This document shows, piece after piece, positions 43,401 to 56,800 of a stretch of DNA of 64,000 bases. Origin of the DNA: Psammoneis japonica (lineage: Eukaryota); the NCBI GenBank assembly GCA_008632985.1, contig QPGO01000022.1, forward strand, positions 248,001 to 312,000. Direction: 5' to 3'. Position numbers and translations under genes: made by a program. How positions within the stretch are numbered: the first letter of the stretch is position 1; the number at the start of each line of letters is the position of its first letter. The notes under the pieces were generated by a model, which was not told the origin of the DNA, made no database searches, and saw only the letters and a list, made by a program, of their open reading frames with translations.

Positions 43401-46400
43401 AAGCGTCGGAACTGTCTCCGCGTTAGTCTTTGCCGCGTACTTGACGACGTCAGTGGTGATACGATTCATGGTTGCCTGCGAACAATGCGTCTGCGTAGAA
43501 CGTTCCGATGACAGGTCGAACGGAAGACTCCCCGAAACTGGCGGTAGGTGGAGCTGAGAACGCGAAAGAAAGCTCACATATTTCTCAATTTTTATCGGAC
43601 CGAGTGGCTTCGAAGCAAACGCGTGCAATTGTTTCGCCGGGATGTTCACCGAAGCGCAGTTTTGCATATCTAGATAAAACGTGGACTGCGAATAGTCTGT
43701 GATCCGGGGAACCACCCAAAGCCGATGCTGAGCATAAGAATCGGGCCTGTTCAAAATCATCGTTTGCCGAGGGGCACATTCTTTGTGAATTACCGGAGTG
43801 CTGATGAGGTTGCGCACACCCTCCTTCTTAACGAATGCACCGAGGTTATCAAGAAGACGGGTGACGGCGTCTTTTCCTTGGAACATGCCAGAAATTTTCT
43901 TCATTCCGCTATCAATCTGGAACTTAGGAATTTGTGGATGCATTGCAACTGTTGGATTCTCTGACAGAACACGAAGGATAGACATTTCCGAAGATTTCGT
44001 CTTGAAGTCAGCGGGCGGCAGTAGCCGGAACAACAGACGTCCCCAATTATGTACTCTGTCATTCGGGTGAAGCTTGAATGCGACAGTGTTTGTGAGCAGG
44101 TCGTAAATTAAAGGGAATCCGTATTTTGACGAGGACACCTCGATTCCAGATGACAGAGCACTATTAATATATTCAAGAGCTCTCAAGCCTCCATAGGCAA
44201 CTTCGTCCTGACGGAAGCGAAAACATTAGTGTCAAAAATGCGTGAAGACAAAATTGATGATCACATCCCAACAGATTGTGTTCGTCTTACCTCCTCTGGT
44301 CTCGAATAAGCAGCACCAAATACTTTTGATGATATCATGCTTTTCTTTGGGTTGTCGAAAATTGTTGTATCAGTCACGTCATCAAAATTCTCAATCACCG
44401 GTGGCTTCGTAACCCCGAGCTTTACAGAGAGAGACTTATCTGGCGGAAGCGAACCTAAGCTACTGACAGCTCCTACATAGGCTTTTCGATTCACCAGGGA
44501 CAAAGAGAGCCTCGAACGTGCTTGCGGCGCACACAATCGGAGCAAAAGCAGTTCTTCCTCTGTCGTTAATCGACATGCAGACGACACATAAGGGTGTTTT
44601 CTGACGTACTCCTCCATCTCTTCGACGATGCTCCAAGGGCACTGCATCGCGGCATCCCCTCCAAGACCCACGGTTACTACAGATAACTTCAAACGGCACG
44701 CATGAGCGTCTGGGTGATAATCGTTCCCCAAGAACTCGAGTTGGTTGAATATTTGTTGCTTCGAGAGAAGAAGAAGAAAAATATCATCAGCGAAAAACGA
44801 ATTCGAGAGAGAATGTCAACTACGAAAGAAATCAAACTCACCTCTTCAGGATTGAGCTCTTCACTGACACAAGACTCAACCATCTTGAAAACGTCGCTGT
44901 AAGCACCGGTTATGAAATACAGGACCATCAGATACATAGACGATGCCAATGATGGCGTGATAAGAAAGGATCTTGAATTGTGTACAGGGTATAGATAGCA
45001 TCGAACTTCACCGATATTATCAATCCACTCCTTGTTTCGCCGGTCCAATATCACTTGAACGCCAAGATGCGCTCCATCTACGTGAAGCCTCCTCGGGAGT
45101 GCACAGCCCGGAACTAGAACGAACAAATCATTATCTTCGTTTTGAAGAACAATAAAGTGAGAGATCGTGCCAAGAAGTCTCTCTGCAATTTCCCTTGACT
45201 CCGTGGAAGTCGAGATGTAGAGTCCATCGTTGTCATTGCTGTACAGTCTATGTTCCACTCTGCCGTCGATAGTCGTGATCTTTTTCGCACGGAACGACAG
45301 GTTCACTCGGGGCAACTCGATTAAGTCAATGGAACAAGGTGAATGTGCCGACTCAACCTTTGCTGTACTCCAAACGAGAACGTGAGACAGATCATCAAGC
45401 CTCGACAGCAGCATACCGACTCGCTTGAGAAGCGACGACGGCGGGGCGGAGAGAATGTTGAGAAGAGTCAACAGAGGGCGATTGGGATCGCGCACCTCAA
45501 TTTCGTGACTTGAACTGAGAACCGGCACTCGCTGGACCAAAGCTTCGGCCGACGAGTTGCAATAGCCACTTTTGTCGAAGTCTTGCCCTTTCGCCAGATA
45601 TATTTTGAGACGCGTAGACGGCATGTCTGCAGGTGGTTCGGGCGCCTCATCCACATCAAGCTCCTCGTCCTCGTCTTCGTCGGAAAGAGACTGTTTCTCG
45701 TATCCAATAATATCGTCATCTTCGCTCTGCCAAAACGTGTAGCTGTCGACCAACGCTGATGGAAGTAGCCCCGCAAGAAACCTGCCAGGAATCAGCGTCT
45801 GTGTTCCGAGATCAGAATTTAGAGCTCTGGTTATCAACAGTGAAGAGGATGGGTTCAACGTTGTCATGGGAATTCCCCCCGACAGAGCCAAGATCCCCCC
45901 GACACGGTCAGGATAGGGCTCCCCAGGAACTTCATGAAGGCACAATGACATATTCGAGGTGTATTCAAGAACGCGAAAGTGACGTCTTCCATGCTCTTTC
46001 ACGTTAAACACAGCAATGGTAGGGGGGTTCTGCCAAACAACCACCTCCTTCAGAGTGTGAGTGGATACTGAACCAGCCGAGGAAGGATTCTCTATCCAGC
46101 CAGAGAGCAGAGCTATAAAACAACACAAGAGTGGCGTCACGCATTATCGCATCGAACTTGACGGACAACAGTAACAGTATGACAATGTTACGCACCATAC
46201 GGGTCCTCGGATATATCTTTTGAGGACATGAACAGCGTCACATTTGGAAGGATAAGCGGCAACTTGTCCCCGAGCACATCCGATATCCACTTCTCCCCCC
46301 GTCGCAGATTCTTCGGGAATTGTCTGGTTAGTTTCGGATCCCGCGCCTCCGCGATATCATAGTGATTGCGTCCGTCTGGCGCCCAAGATTGAACGTCATA

Positions 46401-49400
46401 GCGCCTTCCAACAAGCCGCCACCAGTATCGATTCGTGGTATGCATCACTTCCGCGCAAGCAACGTCTGATGCATCCCTGAGGGCAGTCCGGCGAGTGTGC
46501 TGGAAGTCTGGATCCTTCATGATGTTTTCATCCAGCAAAGTCATTTTGTGGTTTTGAAGAGTGAAGTCGCTCAACTGAACGTTCACCTCGATCCCTACAG
46601 ATTTAGTTGTGACATAGAGCATCCATTCTTCGTACGTCTGGCCGGGCTTTGGAATACGATAGGATCCATCTCGCAGCTTCACATCTTCGGTATCTGGAAC
46701 AAAACGCCCGTAACTACAACGCACCACCACCACTTAAAGCGTGAGAACATTCAAGTAACAAAATAGCGGCGAGAAACAACATCAAACGTACCATGTCGGA
46801 TGTCCAATACTTTTCCAGTGCCTCTTCTTCATTTCCGTGTCGCTCTTCTCCCTAGTGCCAGTGCCGGTTGCAATGCGCTCAACAGCCTCCATTGCATCGT
46901 CCCCCAAATCCGGGTGGAGTTTGATGAATTTCAGGATATTATACCTTTGCGCTTGGATGATGTCGAATATTTCAGATTGCGCGATTTGGATTGAAGGTGG
47001 AGGACGCATTGGGTTTGATGTATCCTGCAGGTCATCGTATATGTTGCTGCTGAATCGATGGTTAATAGTCAGGTAAACCTGGGAAGAAAGAATCACTGAC
47101 ATTGAACGATAATCCAGATCATCGAACGTGTAGTTCTTGAACAGATACAGGAGGTGAGAATGCACAAGGCAATTGATATCGACATCTTTGTTCCGGGACG
47201 GGTCAATCCAGTACTCCAGCGTCGCAATTGCTTGTGAGTCCAGCATGGAACGGATCTTTTTCATTGCAGTCTCGATCTTCATATTGTCCATTGACTCCAA
47301 ACCGCGTGGCCTTGGCTGTCCTGGTTGGCATTTCTTCAACGCGTATTTCAAGTAACCTTCTACCCTCACAGCGAGCCGGATAGTGTATAGAATGAGAGGT
47401 CCAGAGGACGACTTTCTGGTGTAGCGACCGACGTCCATATCTAGCGCTCGCTCCAACATCTTGATTACGCAGGATGTCAGAACATCTGGAGATTTCGCAA
47501 TCTCATTGAAAAGGGTTCCATGGGGGGTCGCCAGAAGATTTTGCAGCCTGTCCGGATCAACGACGGGTATTTCTGTGATGATATCAGTGAAATCCGCCGG
47601 TTTCCATAGACCAGGTTCGAATAAAGCTGCGTCAACAATTAGCTGCAGGGACTTGGCACGCAGAGCAGAAAGGCGCCCAGGGTTGCCGTTGGCAAAGAAA
47701 TCCAATATCAGAGGGATCCGAATATACGGAACTGTCAAAAATTGAACGAATCGTTCCGCGTCAGACGCACTCAACATGTTGCCAAAAGTGGGTAACTCTT
47801 GGGGCGTCAAATGTAGGATGTCATCCTCGTTGGTAACAGATACAGGCTTTGCCCTTCGGTTGGAGAAGAAAGCGTGGGCTGCGTGAGTAATCAAACGGTA
47901 GAGTTCAAGAATCGCAAGAGCTCGTGCCTACCTCGATTTCTGAAATTTCTCGCCGCAGGAATTCACGACATTAGTAGGATTTGCCGAGGATATTCTTGCT
48001 CTTTCGACCACAGATTTGCTTTGAAACAACGACATGAATCCCTTAAATGCGGATGATGCACTGGCGGTTTGCTCCGTCACGACACGATCCACGAACTGCT
48101 GTGAATGGTTTCGAAAGCCTGACACGGCATAAATCAGTGCTAGGTCTTCTTTGTCATTCTTGTTCCTTCTCATGATATCCCAATGAAGCGTGGCATCGGC
48201 GGGAAGCCAGGCAATATTCTCCTTTGCTTCGAACGCAGCTTTTCCGGACACGGAGTGCTTAAAATGAAAAATGATATCACGAAGATACTCAAATTCAGGT
48301 AGCACTTCAATAATCGAGCCATTCTTGCCAGAAATGAGTGCAGCAGCATGATTGGCTTTCGCCATGTCAGTGGCAGGATAAGGCCTCGGAAGTGCCAGCT
48401 GTATGGACAACTGTGTGATCAATTCGATGTCTCCCTTCAGTGGTGTCATACTCTTATCGAAGTTAAAAATTGTCAGTCTTTGTGATCCGTCAAGCTTCTT
48501 CGTGAGTCCACGCAGATAATCGAGGCACTGGAAACGAAGAGAGCAAATGTTGGGATCGTAAATAGGCAGATGCGATCCCAACGAATCAAATGATCCTGCC
48601 TCCATCCCAAAAGGTTCCGTAGGCCCCTCGCATAGTCCGGAGTAGTGCAAAGCAAAGGCACTGGGATCATCAACGGCCTCAACACGGCAAATGGCATCGG
48701 CAACGCAGGCGGCACAAGCAAATGCTGTTGAACGAATAGCTACGAGACCACGCGACTGCTGTACACATGCCGTGGCGGCAGAAAAGATCCGACACAAGCG
48801 GCGAATCAGAAAAAGTAAATTGACCTGCGTCTCTCTCCTCATCTCCCCTTTTCTCCAGAAACAATACTGTGGGTCAAGATGGGGCATCGGCAGAACGGTA
48901 GTCATCGCATATTGAGCCGCCGATGCCGCCAAAGCGGGGGAATTCTTCACCAAGCGCCTTTGCTGTAGCAGCAAACTGCACGCGTCACAGATTCGCTGCA
49001 AAGACGACGACGCACTGTTGTAGTCCGTTGCAACCGGAGGCAAATTTTCGTCCGTCAACACGGCAGGTATGAGGATGGGATCCTGGCGGGGATCGCCCAT
49101 TAAGTCCTTGACGACGTTCTCGTAATTATCTGTTCGGAGGCGTCCAAATAATGGGTGTGCAGCCGAGCCAGCATCAGCACGAAGAGATGTCATGACTCCT
49201 TTGGAGAAGGAGTCATTTAACGCCGAAGCCGACAAGCCATGCGAGTGCTGATCGACGGGCTTGGCCGAAGCAAAGTTTAGTTTCTTTAGTACTTTGTCAA
49301 GTAGCTCCCACGTGCTCGCCAAACAGGGACCGAGGCATCGATCCGTGACTGTCTTGGGGTCAAGAGTCGAAGCATAGTTGGCCAAGTTACGTCCAGCAAG

Positions 49401-51626
49401 CTTCAAAATGCGCGTGTCTTCTGGGTCCATTGAATTGGGCGGAGCAGATTCAATCTCTGCATATGCAAGATCCAACGCCGCATTCATCACAAGTAGGGAC
49501 GCAACTTTGGACGATAGACATTCTGCGGACGGAGAAGTAGACAATGCCAACAAGGCAACAGGATGGAAAGACGAAGCCGAAATTTCATCAGGCGGTTCCA
49601 GAAACTCTGCGGGGCCTCTGTCAATATTCGACAGAAGGGGCTGCGAGTTCAATGCCGGGAGCAGCTTGGTGTACAGGAATTCCGCAGTGTGAGTTGCAGA
49701 GGGATACACCTGCATTCGAAAGAGAAGGACCCAAAATGTCGAATCAAGCATACGCTCAGCCGGAATTTCCCAAACGGTCATGGCCAACTGTTTGAGCTGC
49801 CTTCCTGTTTCGTTGTCGAAACTGGAGGGGTGGTACTCCAACCCATCTTTACCCGTGTTACACACAGTAAAGGAGAATTTACCCTCTCCGCAATTTCGTA
49901 CAATGTAAAGACAAAGATGCGTCTTGTCGGGTTTTTGCCATCCACCTGGGAGTACCAACTGCTGATGAGGCTGGATGTTGGTAATGAGTGAAACAAAGAC
50001 ATTGATGAAATTCAGAAACAACGCATCGAGAGTCTTTCCAGAAGCACCCGCCGAGTGAGGTAGGATCGAAATGAGCTTGATGCACGCTTCACAAGCCCAA
50101 TGATTTGTCCGCAAACAAGCCAACGGTGATTCGATCTCGTTTTCTTGCTTCTTCTTGAGTCTAAACCCCCTTCCGGATATAGCGTTCTTCTCCGTTTCTA
50201 CGACAATGTATGAAACAAAGCTGAGAGCCTTTGATAATTGTTCATACATGCCTGCGCGATCGGCAAGTTTCTCGGGCGAGAGCGGAAATCGCCGAATGTA
50301 CGCATCCAAGCGCATCAACGACCAAAACGGCGGAACTCGATACACAGGCGAAAACTTTCGTTTTGGAAAGCTGCCGTCGCCGCCGGACAAAAAATCATAC
50401 GGGTTGAAGGAGAGTCCCGACGTCGCGGGAGGTAAAGCTACTTCGACTGAATCGCTTGAATCAGACTGAACGACGTATCCACTTGATCCAATACCAGCAG
50501 CCGATGACGCTGCCTTTTCCGCCTGCTGCCGAAGCTCTTCTTTGTCTTTACGCATTTGCGCTTTGAGTTTCGCTTCCTCTTGGTCCCTAAGTCTGCGAGC
50601 CTTTGCATCTTCTTGTTGCCGCTTCAGTTGGGCGGGCGTGGCCTTTTTCTGCGCAGGCGCCACGTTGTTGGGAGAGGTTGTTTGCGATGGCTGCTGATGG
50701 GTAGGCGAACTCCTAGGAGGAGCGCCTCCAGTCGGGGACTTGGCCTTGGCAGAAGTCGGCGGAACCGGCGACGTTGTACGGCTGGTGTTTACTGGAGTGT
50801 TGCTCCCACTTCGATTCACTGCAGGTGACGGCGTCGCTCCGCTTTTGCTTACAGGTGTGGATGCCCCACTTCTATTAGCAGGGGTGCTACTGCCGCTGGC
50901 AGGTGTTTTTGGCGACACCCCCATGCGAGCCAAGGCGGCGGCAGCAGCAGCGTCAGGGGAAGCTTGTGATTTTGGCGTTGAGCTCCTGGCATGACCTTGG
51001 GTGTTTACGCTGAGGGAAGGGGGCGGACTCTTTTTGGGTACTGCTGGTTTCTGAGTCGTAGGAGCGGGCTGCGGTGCAGTCTCCGATGCCGCAGCAACAA
51101 CGGGAGAAGGCGATGCTTCAAGGCCCGCAAACGGATCGTCTGCTCCGGTCTTGAAGCCACCTACTGCAGGAGGTGATATGCCATAGCCCGAAGGTTGCTG
51201 CTGCTGGGCATGTGGTTGCCCGTATCCTGAGGAAGAGGCAAAGCCTGCAGGTTGCTGCGAATATCCCGTTGACGAGGGATAAGCTGGTGCAGCCTGCTGT
51301 TGCGCACTTCGATGCAATTGCTGTTGCTGCACGGATGACGTAAATGTGGCCTGCTGCATTCGTTGCTGCATCGACAGTTGCTGCTGTGGTGGCGTTGACT
51401 GAAATGCAGCCGGGGCTGTTTGGACAGCTGCTGTTCTCGGCGTGGGAGCAAGCGGGGTAACATACGAGGGAGGAAACCACCCGTCTTTCCCTTGGTACGA
51501 ACCCCACCACCACGCACCGGTTTGATTGGGCAACGCTTGGATCGTAGCTCCGTTTGGGAACGAAAGCTGCGTTTGATTCGCATCTCCCTGAAAGGCGTGT
51601 TTGGCAACGTACGTTATAGGAGCCAT
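37416..51626 (-). CDS. Giant multi-exon protein (>4000 aa): SH3 / low-complexity linker / DUF3638-DUF3645 helicase-like region / EF-hands / Vps62(DUF946)-like C-terminus
   Basis: Consecutive same-strand ORFs joined by short GT-AG introns. SH3 (YVAKHAF...LSF...WWWG...GWFPPSYV), FLVFEF...LR..Q...QMIMGYGKTTV, LLLDEVDLLLHPLKSELN, LAAIPFVGKDIPSRASQFSHPDV, GFSGTP, FYDQIHTTGMDI, QGAFRMR, EF-hands DRDRDGLLS and DKDKDGYIN, WEPVPPSEDFVALG...WDDSGSGG. Confidence 0.85.
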
Positions 51627-51933
51627 GGTGTTTCGCCTCTGCGGCAAAAGATCGCTCGGCGTTTAGCAGTCAAAACCACTGATCACTGATATGATCGTCC
51701 GCTCCTTCTACTCAAAAAAGCACGTTGTTCTTTGTTACTGTGGGTGACCTGTGAGGCCTCTGTTTGTTCTTGTGGCGGCGTGTTATGAAACACAAGAGAC
51801 AGGCCAAATAACATACAGTACAACGCGCAGGCGACAGCGGAATGACTTCTGCATTTCGCCTTTCACTCGCCTCACAAACTCAACGGCGGTGGCGGTGGCG
51901 GTGGCGGGAGGTGGGGATCACCGGCAGGGGATC

Positions 51934-52257
51934 GCGGGAAAGATCGCACTTTTTTGCTCACTGGATCGTGCGTGGCAGAGTAACTGTATATTTCTACACA
52001 ATCTGGTACTTCTCACGCAAGCCTGTTTTTGGATTTCCTTCATCTCCTTTTCCGAAGAACTTATGTCGTCGGAGTCTGATTTTACGTTCTACCATATACG
52101 TATACATGTATAATGCGTTGCAACGCACGCAGAAGTCGACTGATTCGAACTTTATGCGCGACATTGCGCATTTTTCGCGCCAGATCTTTTCTCCCCATGA
52201 TTCTACATACGTCTCGGTGTACCAATTCTCGCGTAAGAATTGTGCCTTCCCGCCAAA
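51934..52257. promoter_or_regulatory. Cluster of E2F-consensus sites upstream of the E2F gene
   Basis: GCGGGAAA 51934-51941 (=TTTCCCGC), TTTCGCGC 52173-52180, TTCCCGCCAAA 52247-52257. Confidence 0.5.
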
Positions 52258-52444
52258 AGCAACCCAAGTAGAGAGGAAGCAAGCACAACACAAACCTCAT
52301 TGCATCACAGTCTGTTGTTGTTTATTGCAATCCAGAGTCGCTCCCGCCATTCAGGAACTGCAGAATTCGACCAACTAGGTGCCTTATTCGGTTATGCCTA
52401 CAAACCGATCGAAAGTGACAACCCGCAGCGCATCAGGTACACGG

Positions 52445-53578
52445 ATGACTCGAACTGAAGCGGCTCCAAACACAACACAAAAGCCAGCAGCGATGGGTCG
52501 GCCATTCGATTCGTCGCTCGGGATACTAACCCGCAGGTTTATCACCCTAATCCAGGTGCGGTACTCTGCAACTTCTATGTCTTGCGGAAACTGTGTGTCA
52601 CTCACTCGTCACCTTCACTTGGCTCTCAGGGTTCAATAAGCGGCGCTATTGATTTGAACGAAGCTGCAAATCAGTTATCTGTACAGAAACGCCGTATATA
52701 TGATATTACGAACGTGCTGGAAGGGGTGGGCTTGATTGAAAAGCCTTCCAAGAACATTATTGCTTGGAGAGGGGCTGAGCAGGCAGCTGCAACATCTGGA
52801 TTAGAAACTGCGTCAGGCGCAATAGGTGGACAAATCGATATGGTGCGCCGAGAAGTAGCAGATCTTTACAAACAAGATGCGCTGTTAGATGCCTGGGTAA
52901 GTTCTTGCCTACAATATTCCATGTATAGTATGTACTACTGCTTACAAGCACCCTTTCTCATCGCGCCTGCTACTTTTGTTGTAGATTGGGTTTCTTGAAA
53001 GACTTGCACCGAAATCATCAAACAAAAATCTAGCAGTAACTCCACAAGATATTGTCAGCGCGACATATGCAAACACGCTGATTTGCCTGGACGAGTCCGG
53101 TCGGCCAAATCGGTCGTTGATTGCTATTGCAGCGCCGACGTCAAGTTTATTGCAAGTTTCGCATCCGACCGAGGGCATGGTAGGGCAACAACGACAGTAC
53201 CACTTGGCTGTCTCTAATCCAGTGTCTGCTACCCGGGATGGTAGGAATGACGTAGTTCCTACAAAGGCGGGCGGCAAAAAGAGGAAATTCCTTTCGATGA
53301 CCAATAGCGGTGCGAAAGGTCCCAACGGTGACTCCGTTGGCGTGTACATGCTCCCCACTTCCTATGACCACCAGACGAAGAAGGTCAAGTCGGAAGGAGC
53401 GAAGCAGTTGCATGGCGCCGAGTCCTTGTTGAGAGCCGAGTCCAGCCACGACATCCAATCTATTCAACCTTTGGGTAATCTCTCAAAGAATAGGTCCAGC
53501 CTGGACGTGGCTCCTGCCCTTACTCCTGAACAGGGTATAAGTGACTTCTTCCCGAGTCTAGATAACGCAAAAGTGTAA
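52445..53578 (+). CDS. E2F: E2F-family transcription factor, 3 exons (introns ~52556-52629, ~52897-52985)
   Basis: [55 protein letters not shown], coiled coil, marked box LIAIAAP...L.V..P, C-terminal GISDFF. Confidence 0.92.
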
Positions 53579-53868
53579 AACTTACACCCTAGCTACTTTG
53601 ATTTCGAGCATATCTGCTGAGAAGACCTCGAATTTATTATATTCTGGGACAGGGGTGATAACGCCGTAGCAGAAATAAAGGACGCGAACTAAAGACACGA
53701 TGTAATGTCCTTCTTTACTTTGCGACGTTATCCTGTTTGTGCTTATTCTGAACATCGTCTTCGAAATAGACGAAGCTAATAACTACAGACACAGGAAATG
53801 GACGTCTTCAAACGACGCCTTCACGGCGGCGTTTGGCTCACTTTGCCACAGAGCAAAAGTCTTGGAAA

Positions 53869-56800
53869 TCAAGCGTCGTCTTCAGGATTCTCGCGAGACT
53901 CCTCACCGTCGTCAGGACCGCCTTCTGAAGACATTTCTTCGTTCCCCTGCAACCCGTCATCATTCGGACTAGAATCTTTGGGCACCGTAGGGCAGCCAAA
54001 CAACAGATCGAATTCCTCTGTCAACACTTCTGTCTTGTCGGCATGGAGACTCCCAACCATGCTTGCTGGACCACCGCCACCGGAGGGTTTACTCTCGTCG
54101 TCGTCGGCTTCCTTTTCCTTTCCGTATTTCTTTTCTAGCATCTTACGAAGCCTCGTTTCGATGCTGTCCTCCATCACCACACGAATGATTTCAACCCTTG
54201 ACTTTTGGCCCAATCTGTAGACCCTTCCAATCGCTTGGGCCTCAAGGGCAGGGTTAAGTGCTGGTTCCAGTAGGAACACGCGAGAGGCCTGCGTCAAATT
54301 GATCCCACAGGCCCCAGATCTGTTGCCACAGGCGACACAAAGCATTCAAGTAAGCAAACAACGGAACGGCACAGTTAAAGTGAAAGAAAACAACAGACAA
54401 ATTCTCACCGCATGGATAACAAAAATACAGTCGTTGGTGGACTATGCTGGAAGTCGTGAAGCGCACGGGCACGCTTGCTCATCGTCATATCTCCAGAAAG
54501 TGTCCGATAATCGAATCCGTGCTTTGGCAACTCTTCTTGCAACCACGTCAGGGTGGATGTGAACTGGGAAAAGATTAGGCATTTCGCTAATATTTGACGA
54601 GAGTGGGCAGCACACATCGTTGACACATGAGCCGATCAGATAGAATAAAAATAAAAACAAAGACAACCTGATACCTTACCGTTTGGTTCTTCTTCCCGAA
54701 GCCTAATCAACTCCCTGAGCAGACATTCAAACTTGCTCTTAAACACCACCTTGGAAACTACGCATTTCTTCGTTTTCTTCTTCGTTGGTTGGTCTTCTTC
54801 GTCGGACATGTCGAGAGTCGACGAAGCATTCTCGCCGTCATCCTTTGTTTCGTCAGGAACTTCCATTTCAGGGATCCCCCCGCCAGAGCAAGCAACGCGC
54901 ATCGGCATCAGGCGCTGGAGAACCCGCAGGTAATGTTTGCTAAGTTCGCGCCCTTTGTGCGATTTGAATTGTTCGTAAAAAGCCAATGCCTCTCCCTCGA
55001 GTTTTTTATACTCCTTTTCCTCTGACGCCGAGAACTTGACAGTAATGACGCGTTCCTCCTGAAGATTCAGATAACGAAAGTTAGAAAGAGAGAGAGAGGT
55101 GCATTTGATAAAGGGAAAGTGACGCGCCGACATACCTTTGGGGGCAACGACATTAGTTTCGTATCTGTTCCAATATATTTTTGCTCTAGTGAATGGCGTA
55201 TCAACACCGCGCGCATCAAGAACAAGAACGCCCCTGCAGCGCGACCGTGATCCGAGAAGTCGCATCTCGACCTCCAGCTCCTACTTTTCTTTTTCTCGAT
55301 TGTGTCAATCAGAGGTTGGAACCGCCGAAACATTTCATCAACGTCCGCGAGGCCTATAAACTTCAGCTGGTTCTTCAGATCTTTGATAGAGACGTTGACC
55401 GGAGTGCCCGACACGCACCACCTATGGTCAGCAACGAGGCTCAGAATGGCGTGCGTTTGCTGAGTCGCACCATCCCTGATAGTATGTCCCTCATCGATTA
55501 CCACTCTCCACCATCTCACCTTTTCACAAGGTGGGACGTAGTCGTGGCCTCCTTTCTTCGAGAGAAGAAACTTGTCGGAGCGAAGAGTCGCGTATGTTGT
55601 CACGACAATCGAGTGCTTAGCTAGAGCCACCGCATCTCGCTTTCGTCCCTGGCCATGATAAGAATGAACCTGACCTGGGTCTTTCAGCTTCGATTTGGCT
55701 TCCTCGATCCACTGGCCGACAAGGGAGACATGACACACAACGAGGGTTCCTCTCGAAAGTATGGCCCCTCTACCTCCTGTGGACGTGGTATCTGGGTCCC
55801 AGACTCCCGCCGTGTCGTTCGTTCCAGACGGGGAGATCGAACTACTTAGACTTCCAGATTCGGGAGTGGTCGGTGCGGGATTCTTCAATATAAGCGCAAG
55901 AGACATTATCGTCTTACCCATGCCCATGCAGGACCCAATCATGCCACCACGAACCAGGGATGGCTTCGTCTTAGAGAAACGATTGATTACTGGATTGAAG
56001 AAAACAGGTTCCTGCTTCGTGTCGGCCGTGTTCGGGAGTGCCGGCCAAAGAAAACTATGCAACCCTCCAGGTGCGCGTTCCTTTTCCAGAGCCCATCCTA
56101 CTGCTTGGCGTTGAAAATCAAGCAGCTCAACAGTGAGACCCTCCACGGGGCCTACAGGAGCGTGCCCGAGGCTTTCAAGTTGTTGCATCAGTCCATGCAA
56201 TGACTTTGTTCCGGAGACAATGCGACTCGCTGCCGATGAAAAGTGCTGAGAAGCAAGCGCATGGTCCTCATTCCTGAGGTATGATTGAAAAGCGCTTTCG
56301 GAATGATCGTGTAAAGGAATAAGATTTGAAATGTTTGCTTGTTTCATTGACCGATGATGAGAAACAATCCCCAAGGCACGACCAACCCAAGTCGTTGAAG
56401 CGCGAGTTTGTTTTACCATGTCTGAGGCAAGAATGCCCCTAAAATATCGCGTCAAAGCGCCATCGAGGCCAACCTCGGTAGACAAACTGCCACCGAAGAT
56501 CGGTGCATTTGTACTTGGGGTGAGCGAAAGGTTTGAACGGAAGGCAGTCGCCGCTTCGTTTTGCACCGCAATTGACTGGTCTCGCTGAGTCGCCATGTCC
56601 GACTCAAGTTCCTCGCGTTTTCTTGAACCAAGACGAAAAGGAGGCACGGGTATAGACGGTTCAAGATACCTTTTGCGCGCCTCTTCTGTTTGCGCGTCGA
56701 CCCCCCCTGTAAGAGTCGGCAACGAGAAAGGAAGCATATCAAACCAACAACCAAGCAGGCGACAGACATTTTCGTCGTTGTTGTTGCGAGTGAAAGCCGA

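Noticed and set aside
37416..51647. Seven or eight separate minus-strand genes
   Set aside because: The gaps are intron-sized with GT-AG ends, and features such as the poly-Glu tract continue across them, so one gene is more parsimonious.
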